From the IMG/VR virus record IMGVR_UViG_3300031227_008032: a stretch of 64,000 nt of DNA, one strand, 5' to 3'. This stretch comes from an uncultured virus (IMG/VR IMGVR_UViG_3300031227_008032) (taxonomy: Duplodnaviria > Heunggongvirae > Uroviricota > Caudoviricetes). The position numbers and the translations under genes were made by a program. Below, piece by piece: positions 21,231 to 30,503 of this stretch. The stretch's first letter is position 1. The number at the start of each line of letters is the position of its first letter. A model generated the notes under the pieces. The model saw only the letters and a list, made by a program, of their open reading frames with translations. It was not told the DNA's origin and ran no database searches.

Positions 21231-22952
21231 ATGACAATATTTGAAAGTGGTAGCAGTGGGGTAGAATTTAATTATAGTACTGAATTATCTGGATACACAA
21301 AACAAGGTGTAGGGATCGGTGACGACCTAAAAATCAAAATAAAAAAAGGTATATTTGGTAGATGGTTTCCACTTATAACAAAGGGATGGTATTACAAAGG
21401 TACATCAGAACGATATCTATTTGCTGAAAAAGCAGGAATACAAGTAGACTATGGTACACACTCTACAATAGAATCCTATGCTCTAACAGGAACATCCTCT
21501 GTACCTACATCCGCAGTATTAGATTATGGGCCTATATTTTTAAATGATAATAATTCTACAGATACATTCATACAGGTATGCGGGCCACTAAGAACATACA
21601 GACCAGCAACCTGGACATCAGTAACAGACACAAATCTATGGACTGCGCCTGTATCTGGACTACTAATAAATGTAACAAGTACCAAATATGGAGATTTATG
21701 GAACGTTCCAGCAAGTGGATATATCTCATCAGATGAATACTATTACTATAATGAATTGCTATCTCTTGCTTTTGTTGCTTCAGATGGAAATCCATCGGGC
21801 ACAGTATTTTTAACCTATACAACATCAGCATCAGGACAAGAATTATTATTACAAGAAGAAATACATATTGTAGATGCTTATAGAAAAATACGTACAGCCT
21901 ACGCACATATAGCTATAGAAGATACAACAAGACTACCACAAGTAACTTCTATTGTATCAACAGGAATACTAACTACAGAAGTAGCATCAACACAAGTAGG
22001 AACAGGAAGTTTAAATAATCAAATAACATTGGCTTCTCCGATAACCTCTGGAAATCAAGTAGCAATATCTTATTATGTAAATCAATCATTCGTAGTAGAC
22101 AATGGAGAAATAGCAGTATACGCAACATCTGCTATGACAGGAACCTGTAACTATGAAGCATCTATAGCAGAACATCAAGACCTATCTAGTTTAGCAAGTT
22201 CAGATTTATCATATGTACAGCTAAATCCTATATACAGTGGAGTTGGTCCTGGCTTCTTATTCCTCGCAGAAGCACAAGCAACAAGTGCTCAAGCAGATAA
22301 ACTATATATTACTCATTCACCAACACGGGCACAAGTATTAAGTGGAACAGGTCCTCCTGTTAGAATAGCAGCATATGTAGTTGATAAAGATAATAATCCT
22401 CTGCCTGGAGTCAGCCTATCAAGTAGTGCAATTGGAGATGGACGAATGGCAACATCTGCTATAATACCTACTACACAAATAACAGATTGGAATGGAGCAG
22501 TAACCTACTCATGGACACCTACTGGAGCAGGAACTACAACATTTACAATAGAGGTAAGCACAACAACCTCATCTTCATTATCTGGGCAAGCAGCCTTTGT
22601 ACAAGTTGTATCACCAATAATAGGATATAGCGGAACGCAAGTACCAAGAAAAATATTCCTTTATGCTGATACTGACAATGTTATAGAAAATAAAGCAAAA
22701 GTACATGTTATGCTAACCGCAGCAGATGGAACACCTTATATAGGAGGATCGACTTTAGCATATCTGGTATCAAAAAATAGTAAATTTGAAGACCAAACAA
22801 CAGCAAGTAGTTACTATGAAACAACAGTGGGCAATACAGGAATAGTAACATTACAATACTATCTAATAGGAAGAGACATCATATACGCATATTTTTATGA
22901 TTCTACAATATCAAGTTATGTCTACTCTGACAAGGTAATTATAGGAGTTTAG
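21231..22952 (+). CDS. Virion structural protein with Big-1/invasin-type Ig domains
   Basis: AYVVDKDNNPLPGV.L...TDWNGAVTYSWTP is a Big-1-like motif. Confidence 0.6.
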   Translation: MTIFESGSSGVEFNYSTELSGYTKQGVGIGDDLKIKIKKGIFGRWFPLITKGWYYKGTSERYLFAEKAGIQVDYGTHSTIESYALTGTSSVPTSAVLDYGPIFLNDNNSTDTFIQVCGPLRTYRPATWTSVTDTNLWTAPVSGLLINVTSTKYGDLWNVPASGYISSDEYYYYNELLSLAFVASDGNPSGTVFLTYTTSASGQELLLQEEIHIVDAYRKIRTAYAHIAIEDTTRLPQVTSIVSTGILTTEVASTQVGTGSLNNQITLASPITSGNQVAISYYVNQSFVVDNGEIAVYATSAMTGTCNYEASIAEHQDLSSLASSDLSYVQLNPIYSGVGPGFLFLAEAQATSAQADKLYITHSPTRAQVLSGTGPPVRIAAYVVDKDNNPLPGVSLSSSAIGDGRMATSAIIPTTQITDWNGAVTYSWTPTGAGTTTFTIEVSTTTSSSLSGQAAFVQVVSPIIGYSGTQVPRKIFLYADTDNVIENKAKVHVMLTAADGTPYIGGSTLAYLVSKNSKFEDQTTASSYYETTVGNTGIVTLQYYLIGRDIIYAYFYDSTISSYVYSDKVIIGV

Positions 22953-22953
22953 T

Positions 22954-24495
22954 ATGGCAGATTACATACTACAATATGGTAACGTAGTCCCAAAAGATTC
23001 AATAAACCTGGCAAGGATTTATCCGCCTCCTCTTACACCAAATGAAAATGCAATCGTAATAGATGTAATTGGCAAGCATCCTCTTAACATCTTTAATTAT
23101 TATAAAGATACAAAAGTATCCACATTTACATATGAAAGCACAGCAGCATCCTTGCCATATTTTGAATCAATACATGCCCCTATAGGTGTAGTTAAACCAA
23201 TAGAAGATGAAACAGGCGCATGGCACTTACTTATTAGAGATGGAACATTTAAAGTTCTTACAGAATATACTTCTTCAGAAGTAGCAAGTAGTTGGATAAC
23301 GTCAGCAGCAAATGAAGAAGGATGGCTCGATGGGCATAGAATAGTACTTACATATTCAATACCAGAAGTACTCGCACAACCTTACCTTACTACAGAAGTA
23401 GATACAGACATAACAGCAGCAGGCATGAGAGGGTTTCCTGCAGTAGATGAATATGCTACATATATAGATGAACACACAATATCTGTAGCAAATAAAAACT
23501 TGTATAAAATTACAAGTATAAAAATAAATGGAGAAGAAAAAGTCTCAGAAATACCAGGAACAACAGGTATAACACCACTAACAGTAAACCTACATCCAGA
23601 GGTAGGGGCTATAGACTTCGATAGAGGAACTATACCTCTAACAAACTCTATAGCTACAAACAACTTAGTACAAGTATCCTACGAATACTCAGCAAGATGT
23701 TTAGTATACAGAGGATACTATGATGAACTGCTTAATAGGTTCTGTGACTTAGATTTAAATCCATCCTATGGCCACACCTATGACGGAGGAAAACCAAGTA
23801 AGAATCTATTAGCATCCGCAATATATGTATTCTTACTGCCATCAGCAGCATACTCTTATACAGATTCACTAACAGGAACAGTAAAAGTAAAAACAGCACT
23901 AAAATACACAGACCAACTATTACGATGGGAAGCTGGACCTACTCTAACTCTACCCTCTTCTGGTTTTGGAACATACGCAGACTCAACCACACAAGGGCTT
24001 AAAACACTTAATACATATGGTAGAGCTTACTATGACATTACTTACTTCTCAAATACAGTAACAACAGATAGCCCAATAATTGTATTAGAAGATGGAACAT
24101 TAGCTACGGATTTATTAGCAGGAGGCGTAGGCTCGTTAACAAATTATCCAAGCGCACTTATTCTGGCTAAAATCTACATAAGCCCAAGTAGCACAATAGA
24201 TGGAGTAACAATAATAGATACACGAGTACGTGGCGGTGGTCTAAAAGAAAACGAAGATATAACCTTCTCCTCCCTATCTGGAGATCAAATAAATGAAATG
24301 AACAGATATTGGGATATTGGTGGTTGGGAAGGCGATTTAGCAATGTTAAATGGAGTAGTAGTAATAGAATTACCAGAAGATTTAATTACAGGAGCGCAAG
24401 GAATAAGAGCATTTACAGAACGAGAAATAGAAGACATAGTAAACAAACACATTGCTAGTGGAATAAAACCAATAATAAGATATGTGAGTAGTTAA
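22954..24495 (+). CDS. Baseplate-associated structural protein
   Basis: DLDLNPSYGH, DTRVRGGG, YWDIGGWEG...VVIELP...IVNKHIASG. The C-terminus resembles wedge (gpI-like) ends seen in large myoviruses. Confidence 0.55.
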   Translation: MADYILQYGNVVPKDSINLARIYPPPLTPNENAIVIDVIGKHPLNIFNYYKDTKVSTFTYESTAASLPYFESIHAPIGVVKPIEDETGAWHLLIRDGTFKVLTEYTSSEVASSWITSAANEEGWLDGHRIVLTYSIPEVLAQPYLTTEVDTDITAAGMRGFPAVDEYATYIDEHTISVANKNLYKITSIKINGEEKVSEIPGTTGITPLTVNLHPEVGAIDFDRGTIPLTNSIATNNLVQVSYEYSARCLVYRGYYDELLNRFCDLDLNPSYGHTYDGGKPSKNLLASAIYVFLLPSAAYSYTDSLTGTVKVKTALKYTDQLLRWEAGPTLTLPSSGFGTYADSTTQGLKTLNTYGRAYYDITYFSNTVTTDSPIIVLEDGTLATDLLAGGVGSLTNYPSALILAKIYISPSSTIDGVTIIDTRVRGGGLKENEDITFSSLSGDQINEMNRYWDIGGWEGDLAMLNGVVVIELPEDLITGAQGIRAFTEREIEDIVNKHIASGIKPIIRYVSS

Positions 24496-24499
24496 CAAT

Positions 24500-25990
24500 A
24501 TGGCAATAGAAACATCATTTCCAAATCAAGTAGACACTTTAGTTGAAATGCCTTACACACAAAACATGTTATCAGAAAATCTTGTCAAAGCTGACCATGT
24601 AAATCTATTAATAAATGCCATTACGCCTGTAGAACAAAGAGCACGAAATGTAATACTAACAGACTTACATGCATTAAGTGGAACAACAGTTACTAGACGA
24701 ACAGCTATACTTGATCAAGTAGAACATGAAAATATTCATAGCAATATAAATGGAAACTATGTAAGTTACTCTGTTGCTGGAACAGGAGATTGGGTATCAT
24801 TCACAGTAGAAGGTAATATTATTTCACATGATAATAGTATCATAGCTGCTTGGAATAATACAAGTTATGCAATAATAATACTTGGACAAGTAGATTATCA
24901 AAGAGCACTAGAAGGCGGAGGATATCAAGAAGCTACACTTCAAGTAGAAGGACAAGTAGTAAATATAAGCAGTGATGGAAAAACCGCAGCCATAGCGTTT
25001 TCACTTCCAACAAATTCAACCAATCTTAAATATACAATAATCTGTATAGATAAAGCAAGTACAACAGGAGTAATTCTTAGTCCATATGCTGTAAACCTTA
25101 TACCAGAACAAATAGTACAATCATATATGGATAGCCAATTATGGCATGCAACAACAGGACAACTAAACCCTATAGGCCCACTTTGTGGGTTACCTCTTGA
25201 AAACCATTGTGATTGGCCATTTTATCCAGTATACTACGTAGCAGAAACATATGCACAACGAGCATATAGTATACCAGCCTATGTAACACATATGAGAACA
25301 ACTCCAACATATGTTCATGAAGATCCAATTGCATCTCACTCAGGAATAACTGGAATTAAAGTAGGACCTGGTATCCTAAGATCATGTAATAGTTGGTTAC
25401 CTGCCGCTGCTAATGTATCAGCATCTGGAGATTTTGGATTTATGTGGCCTGACTTTGGACACGTAGCATCTTGGTTAGTAGATTTAAGAACACAACCAAA
25501 TTCTGGATCTGAAAGAGATTATGAATTAAGTTTTTGGTATAAAGTATTCTATGAAGGTTTCTGGAAACCAAACAACATACCAACATATCCAAGAATATAT
25601 ATGCATGGATATACACACACAGATATAGTATCTTCTATGTATGTAAGCTCAATAGAAACGGATCCACAAACTGGATTCTATACAACTACAAAAGGATTAA
25701 GTGCAACATGGACGTTGACTAATGGTGATGACTACTGGATAGAATTACCTCCACTACTACATGTCTATACAACATATGGAAGCTGGAGACAATTTAAAAC
25801 AACAGTAAATGTTCCAGCAGATCTAACATATGTTAGACTAACAATAGGATCCTTCTATAAAACAACTACAGACTTTATAATGTATGATAGACCATTGGAA
25901 TATGAAGATGACTCAGAATGGACATGGGTACATAAAAATGTACCACAATTATGGCTAGATGATATTATACTAAGGGAGAGTGAAGTATAA
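24500..25990 (+). CDS. Tail fibre-like protein with anchor motif and carbohydrate-binding-like C-terminus
   Basis: SFPNQVD...ADHVNLLINAI anchor; YELSFWYK...SWRQFKTTVNVP...LWLDDIIL resembles a CBM4/9-type domain. Confidence 0.55.
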   Translation: MAIETSFPNQVDTLVEMPYTQNMLSENLVKADHVNLLINAITPVEQRARNVILTDLHALSGTTVTRRTAILDQVEHENIHSNINGNYVSYSVAGTGDWVSFTVEGNIISHDNSIIAAWNNTSYAIIILGQVDYQRALEGGGYQEATLQVEGQVVNISSDGKTAAIAFSLPTNSTNLKYTIICIDKASTTGVILSPYAVNLIPEQIVQSYMDSQLWHATTGQLNPIGPLCGLPLENHCDWPFYPVYYVAETYAQRAYSIPAYVTHMRTTPTYVHEDPIASHSGITGIKVGPGILRSCNSWLPAAANVSASGDFGFMWPDFGHVASWLVDLRTQPNSGSERDYELSFWYKVFYEGFWKPNNIPTYPRIYMHGYTHTDIVSSMYVSSIETDPQTGFYTTTKGLSATWTLTNGDDYWIELPPLLHVYTTYGSWRQFKTTVNVPADLTYVRLTIGSFYKTTTDFIMYDRPLEYEDDSEWTWVHKNVPQLWLDDIILRESEV

Positions 25991-26592
25991 TGAGTATAGT
26001 AGACGGAATTACAGGATTAAATTCTGCATTTGCAACTGGAGGTATTGACAACTTACAAACAAGTAAGGTAAGAAATTCAATACCAGTTGATGCAAGTTTA
26101 TGGAATACTCTTGCAGATACTATATGTTCTGTAGAAAGAAAACTATGTACAACCGCAACCACAACAGGAGGATCACGGCTAATACATAAATTAGCAGGAC
26201 CTCGAATAGAGGCTCTTGGAGGAGCATTGTGGAAAAAAGTATTGCTAACAACATATGATGTTATATGTAATACAGAAGTAACAAGTGCAGAGTTTACATT
26301 ACCAATAATATGTACACAGTATGAAGCAGGAACTCCTCCACTTCCAGAAAGAAATGAAAGCCTAAGTTGGAGAGACTTAAGATATTCAGTGTCTTCAACT
26401 GGAGCTACAGTTTATCCACTTGTAGTAGAATTACTAAGTACACCAACAACAACTCGTATAGATACTACATCTATTAAAACAGAATTAAGTTTACTATTAA
26501 AACCACAAGGATATGGATGGAAAGATGCACCAACCATACCAGAAGGAAAATATATTGTCAAAGTATTTGGCTGTACAATCCCAACAGACTAA
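25990..26592 (+). CDS. Tail fibre adaptor-like structural protein
   Basis: DASLWNTLADTICSVERKL anchor-like helix; coupled to its neighbours. Confidence 0.45.
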   Translation: MSIVDGITGLNSAFATGGIDNLQTSKVRNSIPVDASLWNTLADTICSVERKLCTTATTTGGSRLIHKLAGPRIEALGGALWKKVLLTTYDVICNTEVTSAEFTLPIICTQYEAGTPPLPERNESLSWRDLRYSVSSTGATVYPLVVELLSTPTTTRIDTTSIKTELSLLLKPQGYGWKDAPTIPEGKYIVKVFGCTIPTD

Positions 26593-26606
26593 GGAAATAA
26601 TCTAAT

Positions 26607-27200
26607 ATGGCTATACCTTTTAATACAGGAAAACAATCAACATTTCCAGGAGTACTAGATTCATTTAGAAGATATGCAAACGATACAGATATAATACCTT
26701 CTGAAGGTATGAATAGAATGAATGCGTCTATATATAATTTAGAGCATGAACTACTAAATGCACCAGAAGTATCTGGATCAAATGACTTGGTTATAGCAGC
26801 AACAACTGTTACAATTACAGATTTAGTACCAGGTGAAGCACAAACATTAGATTTCGACTCTTCTACCGTTGCAACATCTGCACTTGTTGCTCTTCTTGGC
26901 GCAGAAAATCTATGTTCAACTGGAAGTGCAATGCTTATGGTTTCTGCAAGACCTACATCCGCAGCAACAGCAGAAAACACATTACTATATAATGCTTTTG
27001 ATTTACAATATCTAGACTCAACACCAGCAAACGATCATAATCGCTATGCAATGTATAGAACAAACTGGTATTGGTCTGATCTTGACACAGTAACATATAC
27101 AATATATACAGGAGAAAGTGCTACTTTAGTAACAACACCCACAGCATCTACAATAAATGAAATAATAATATCCTTTATTGGAATAAGTAGCAACATATAA
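26607..27200 (+). CDS. Tail fibre adaptor-like structural protein
   Basis: STFPGVLDSF...MNRMNASIYNLEHEL anchor motif. Confidence 0.45.
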   Translation: MAIPFNTGKQSTFPGVLDSFRRYANDTDIIPSEGMNRMNASIYNLEHELLNAPEVSGSNDLVIAATTVTITDLVPGEAQTLDFDSSTVATSALVALLGAENLCSTGSAMLMVSARPTSAATAENTLLYNAFDLQYLDSTPANDHNRYAMYRTNWYWSDLDTVTYTIYTGESATLVTTPTASTINEIIISFIGISSNI

Positions 27201-27205
27201 CTATT

Positions 27206-30200
27206 ATGAAAACATACCTAAATACCTATAAATCAGTAGTATCTGATAGTCAAAAATTGACACTAAATAGCTTCCTAGAAAAAGCAAAAACACAAGCACT
27301 ATCTCTAGCCCCAACAGATCCAGAGGAACTATTAAAAAACATAGGAGAGAAATTATTCTCTGTACCAGATACACCCACAGATCCAGATCAATATAATAAA
27401 GCTATCATAGCTGCTATTGCAGATTTAACTGCGTTATATGCCGAAATAGATAATGTAGGTATAGGTATAACAGTATTAGAAAAACTTAATTCTGGAGAAT
27501 TAGCTAGAATATCAAAGGCTATAGATAATATAGAGAATATGGTAAAAGCTCGCGCTGCAATGAACAAAAATATCCTAAATTATACTGATATAGTATATGA
27601 AGATTTTACAGCAGATAACGGAGACTCTACAATAATACCAACACTCTATAGAAAACTAGAGATAGATAAAACAGATAATGCGCTAAAACGGCCAATAGCT
27701 GGAAGTATTTCAAAAACAATCTCTGCTGGTAATAGAAAAATGTGCAAAGTTACAATAGAAAAACTATTAGGTGCTTCTATAGATACATTACACCCAGTAT
27801 CAGAAGCAGTAGATGGAAGTAAAGATACATGTTGGAAAGAAACAATACTATCAGACTCTCCAATAGCTGCAAATAGAAATATAGTAAACTGGTTACCAGC
27901 TTCCTATTCTGGTGGATCAGCCGCAAAACTAAGATTTGAATTTGATTTTATGACTCCAATAACAGAAATCTCACTATCTCCAGTTTCCTCACATCCAATG
28001 AGATTATTAGAAGTAGCATGGAGTCCACAATTTAGAAATACCAAAGACACAGGAAGTATCATTCCAATAAATGGAAACTTTTCAGATAATTTAGTAGGAT
28101 GGGTTACAACAGAAACATCAGAAACAACAGGATACATAACCTCTCTTGCTGGCTATGATGGAAGTCAGTGTTTAGAAATACATACAGCAACAGCAACTGG
28201 AAGTAGTTGGAAAATATCTAGAAATTTACAATTAAACCCATCTACATTATATGGTATCTCATTTTATATGAAGAGATCTTCTTCAACAACTCAAGTAAAG
28301 CTTACAGCATCTATGATAGTAGATATTCCAGTAGGAACAGTACATAGTAAATTCTGGGAAATAACTCCAAGTGAAGAACTGTTATACTCTAATGAATGGC
28401 AAGAAGCTATATATAACTTCCAAACACCTTCACTTGATGAGTATTTACAAGCAGGAGCTATAACATCTGGAATCGCACTAACTTTTGAAATATCTGATAT
28501 AGACTACAGTGAAACACTACTTGATGATATACAACTATCAAATGATTACTATGTAACTACTTTTGATGAAATAATTACAGACAAAACAACGCTAAAATTT
28601 ACACCTATACGTGGTGGAAACATAGTATGTAAAACTCTTTGGCTAACACTATCACAACCACACTATACACTTAAACATTATACAATATCAAATGGCGCAC
28701 TGGATTTACAGGATCTATGGGAGCAAACACTATTACCCCCTAATTCAGATATATTAACATACAACAATCCAAGAAAACGAGTAGCTACCTTTACAAAAAA
28801 AGAAAGAAAGCTACCAGCAAATTCACAATTTATAATTGAAGTAAGAAAGCTTAGTGGTAAAATAAAAGAAATGATTGCACAGCTATACTCTATAGCGCTA
28901 CCAAGTAAAGAAGAAACAACAGTAGTAAAATATGAATATACTTTTGGTGCATCAGAAATAAATCTAAAAAATAATGAATATATACCAGAAGGAATATGGG
29001 TATCAAAGCCATTAGATATAACTGGAGAAATTAGACAACTAACACTAAAGCCAACAACAGATGCTTCTACAGAAGCAGTAAACTTTTATGTAACAACATA
29101 TAAAAATGAAACAATTGATACAGATAATCTTACACCTTTAATAGCACCAAACTATACAAGATATTGGAAAGCTTCAGATGAGTCAAGATATTTTGGACCA
29201 TCTGGACTTACAACAATTGTAGCCCCAGCAGAAATAACTGACACCTTTAATGGCACAGATAGAAACCACAAAATTTCTCTTTCAAAGTTTCCATATATTA
29301 ATATAGAAAAAGTAGCGGATATCTCAGCAAAAATTGCTAGTGGAGATATGCTAAACATAGCAAGATACAGTCCAAATACATCTACAGTAACATATATAAC
29401 TTCCACAGTTACTTCTCCATCTGGAGTACTAACCACTATTGAAGGTTATAAACCTGTAGAAGTTACATTGCACTTTTCAGATAGTATAGTACTACCAGAT
29501 GTTATAGGAAATACAAGTGTAACAGTCGCAAAATTTATAGGACCAGAAAGTTTACTACTAGATACAGAAGGTACAGTAGTAACAGAAATTGTAGAACGAA
29601 TGGGAGGAGAACCCTCTCTACAAGATCTAAGTTTCTGGGATTACGTAGATTCACTAATACAAAAAGCAATAGAAAAAGGAAATAAAAACACAGATAGAAG
29701 TAATATCATACAACAGGTACAAACAACTGATTTATGGGATAGTAATAAACTATCAAGAAAAGTAGTAGAAGAAAATAGAATAGTATCACAAACCTATGTT
29801 ACAAAATATCCAGTACTATCTACAGATAAGGGAGATCAGTTAGACATATACTGGCATAGATATCAAGATTCAGATGGTAATGTTGTAACAGACCATACAA
29901 GCGACATACTACTGCATCCATCTACATATTCCATAGCCCACCTAAGACCAAGAGACATTGCTTTAACAAAGTGGTTTAATACAACAAAATCAACTACTTT
30001 TGGACACGCAACAATAACAGTTAATGATGAAGGATTTGATCAGATACTAAGTGTTCCTGGTGTATCAGAAGAAAAATGGGAACTAGTAGCATATTACAGA
30101 ACAAAAATACCAGCGGACCATATGTTACGAGATTATGATTTAGAAACCCCACAAACATCTGGAGTAGGAAATATACCAACACAAGCATATCCAGTAACAC

Positions 30201-30499
30201 GTAATATGACTGACTATTGGACAAATAGTATTCCAACATTAAAACTATCAAACAAAGATTCAAGTTCTCCAGACTACTATCCAATATATGAATACTATAT
30301 AGATAAGCACGGAAACATAACATTTGCTGATGATTTATTTAAGTATAGTGATACACCAGCACGCATAGAGGCATCTTATAAAACACTAGCAATTAATCCA
30401 AGAATAGTAATAGAATACACAAATAATTCAGGAGATGGAACAACCCAAGATACTCCATCAATATATGATTATTCTGTACTATTAAATACAAGAAGGTAA
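27206..30499 (+). CDS. Large virion structural protein (coiled coil plus galactose-binding-like domains)
   Basis: N-terminal helical region, AVDGSKDTCWKE, INGNFSDNLVGW (CBM-like), C-terminal TPSIYDYSV. Confidence 0.6.
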   Translation: MKTYLNTYKSVVSDSQKLTLNSFLEKAKTQALSLAPTDPEELLKNIGEKLFSVPDTPTDPDQYNKAIIAAIADLTALYAEIDNVGIGITVLEKLNSGELARISKAIDNIENMVKARAAMNKNILNYTDIVYEDFTADNGDSTIIPTLYRKLEIDKTDNALKRPIAGSISKTISAGNRKMCKVTIEKLLGASIDTLHPVSEAVDGSKDTCWKETILSDSPIAANRNIVNWLPASYSGGSAAKLRFEFDFMTPITEISLSPVSSHPMRLLEVAWSPQFRNTKDTGSIIPINGNFSDNLVGWVTTETSETTGYITSLAGYDGSQCLEIHTATATGSSWKISRNLQLNPSTLYGISFYMKRSSSTTQVKLTASMIVDIPVGTVHSKFWEITPSEELLYSNEWQEAIYNFQTPSLDEYLQAGAITSGIALTFEISDIDYSETLLDDIQLSNDYYVTTFDEIITDKTTLKFTPIRGGNIVCKTLWLTLSQPHYTLKHYTISNGALDLQDLWEQTLLPPNSDILTYNNPRKRVATFTKKERKLPANSQFIIEVRKLSGKIKEMIAQLYSIALPSKEETTVVKYEYTFGASEINLKNNEYIPEGIWVSKPLDITGEIRQLTLKPTTDASTEAVNFYVTTYKNETIDTDNLTPLIAPNYTRYWKASDESRYFGPSGLTTIVAPAEITDTFNGTDRNHKISLSKFPYINIEKVADISAKIASGDMLNIARYSPNTSTVTYITSTVTSPSGVLTTIEGYKPVEVTLHFSDSIVLPDVIGNTSVTVAKFIGPESLLLDTEGTVVTEIVERMGGEPSLQDLSFWDYVDSLIQKAIEKGNKNTDRSNIIQQVQTTDLWDSNKLSRKVVEENRIVSQTYVTKYPVLSTDKGDQLDIYWHRYQDSDGNVVTDHTSDILLHPSTYSIAHLRPRDIALTKWFNTTKSTTFGHATITVNDEGFDQILSVPGVSEEKWELVAYYRTKIPADHMLRDYDLETPQTSGVGNIPTQAYPVTRNMTDYWTNSIPTLKLSNKDSSSPDYYPIYEYYIDKHGNITFADDLFKYSDTPARIEASYKTLAINPRIVIEYTNNSGDGTTQDTPSIYDYSVLLNTRR

Positions 30500-30503
30500 G
30501 TAT

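Noticed and set aside
18953..25990. Diversity-generating retroelement targeting tail fibres
   Set aside because: No reverse transcriptase and no template/variable repeat pair differing at adenines was seen in the window.
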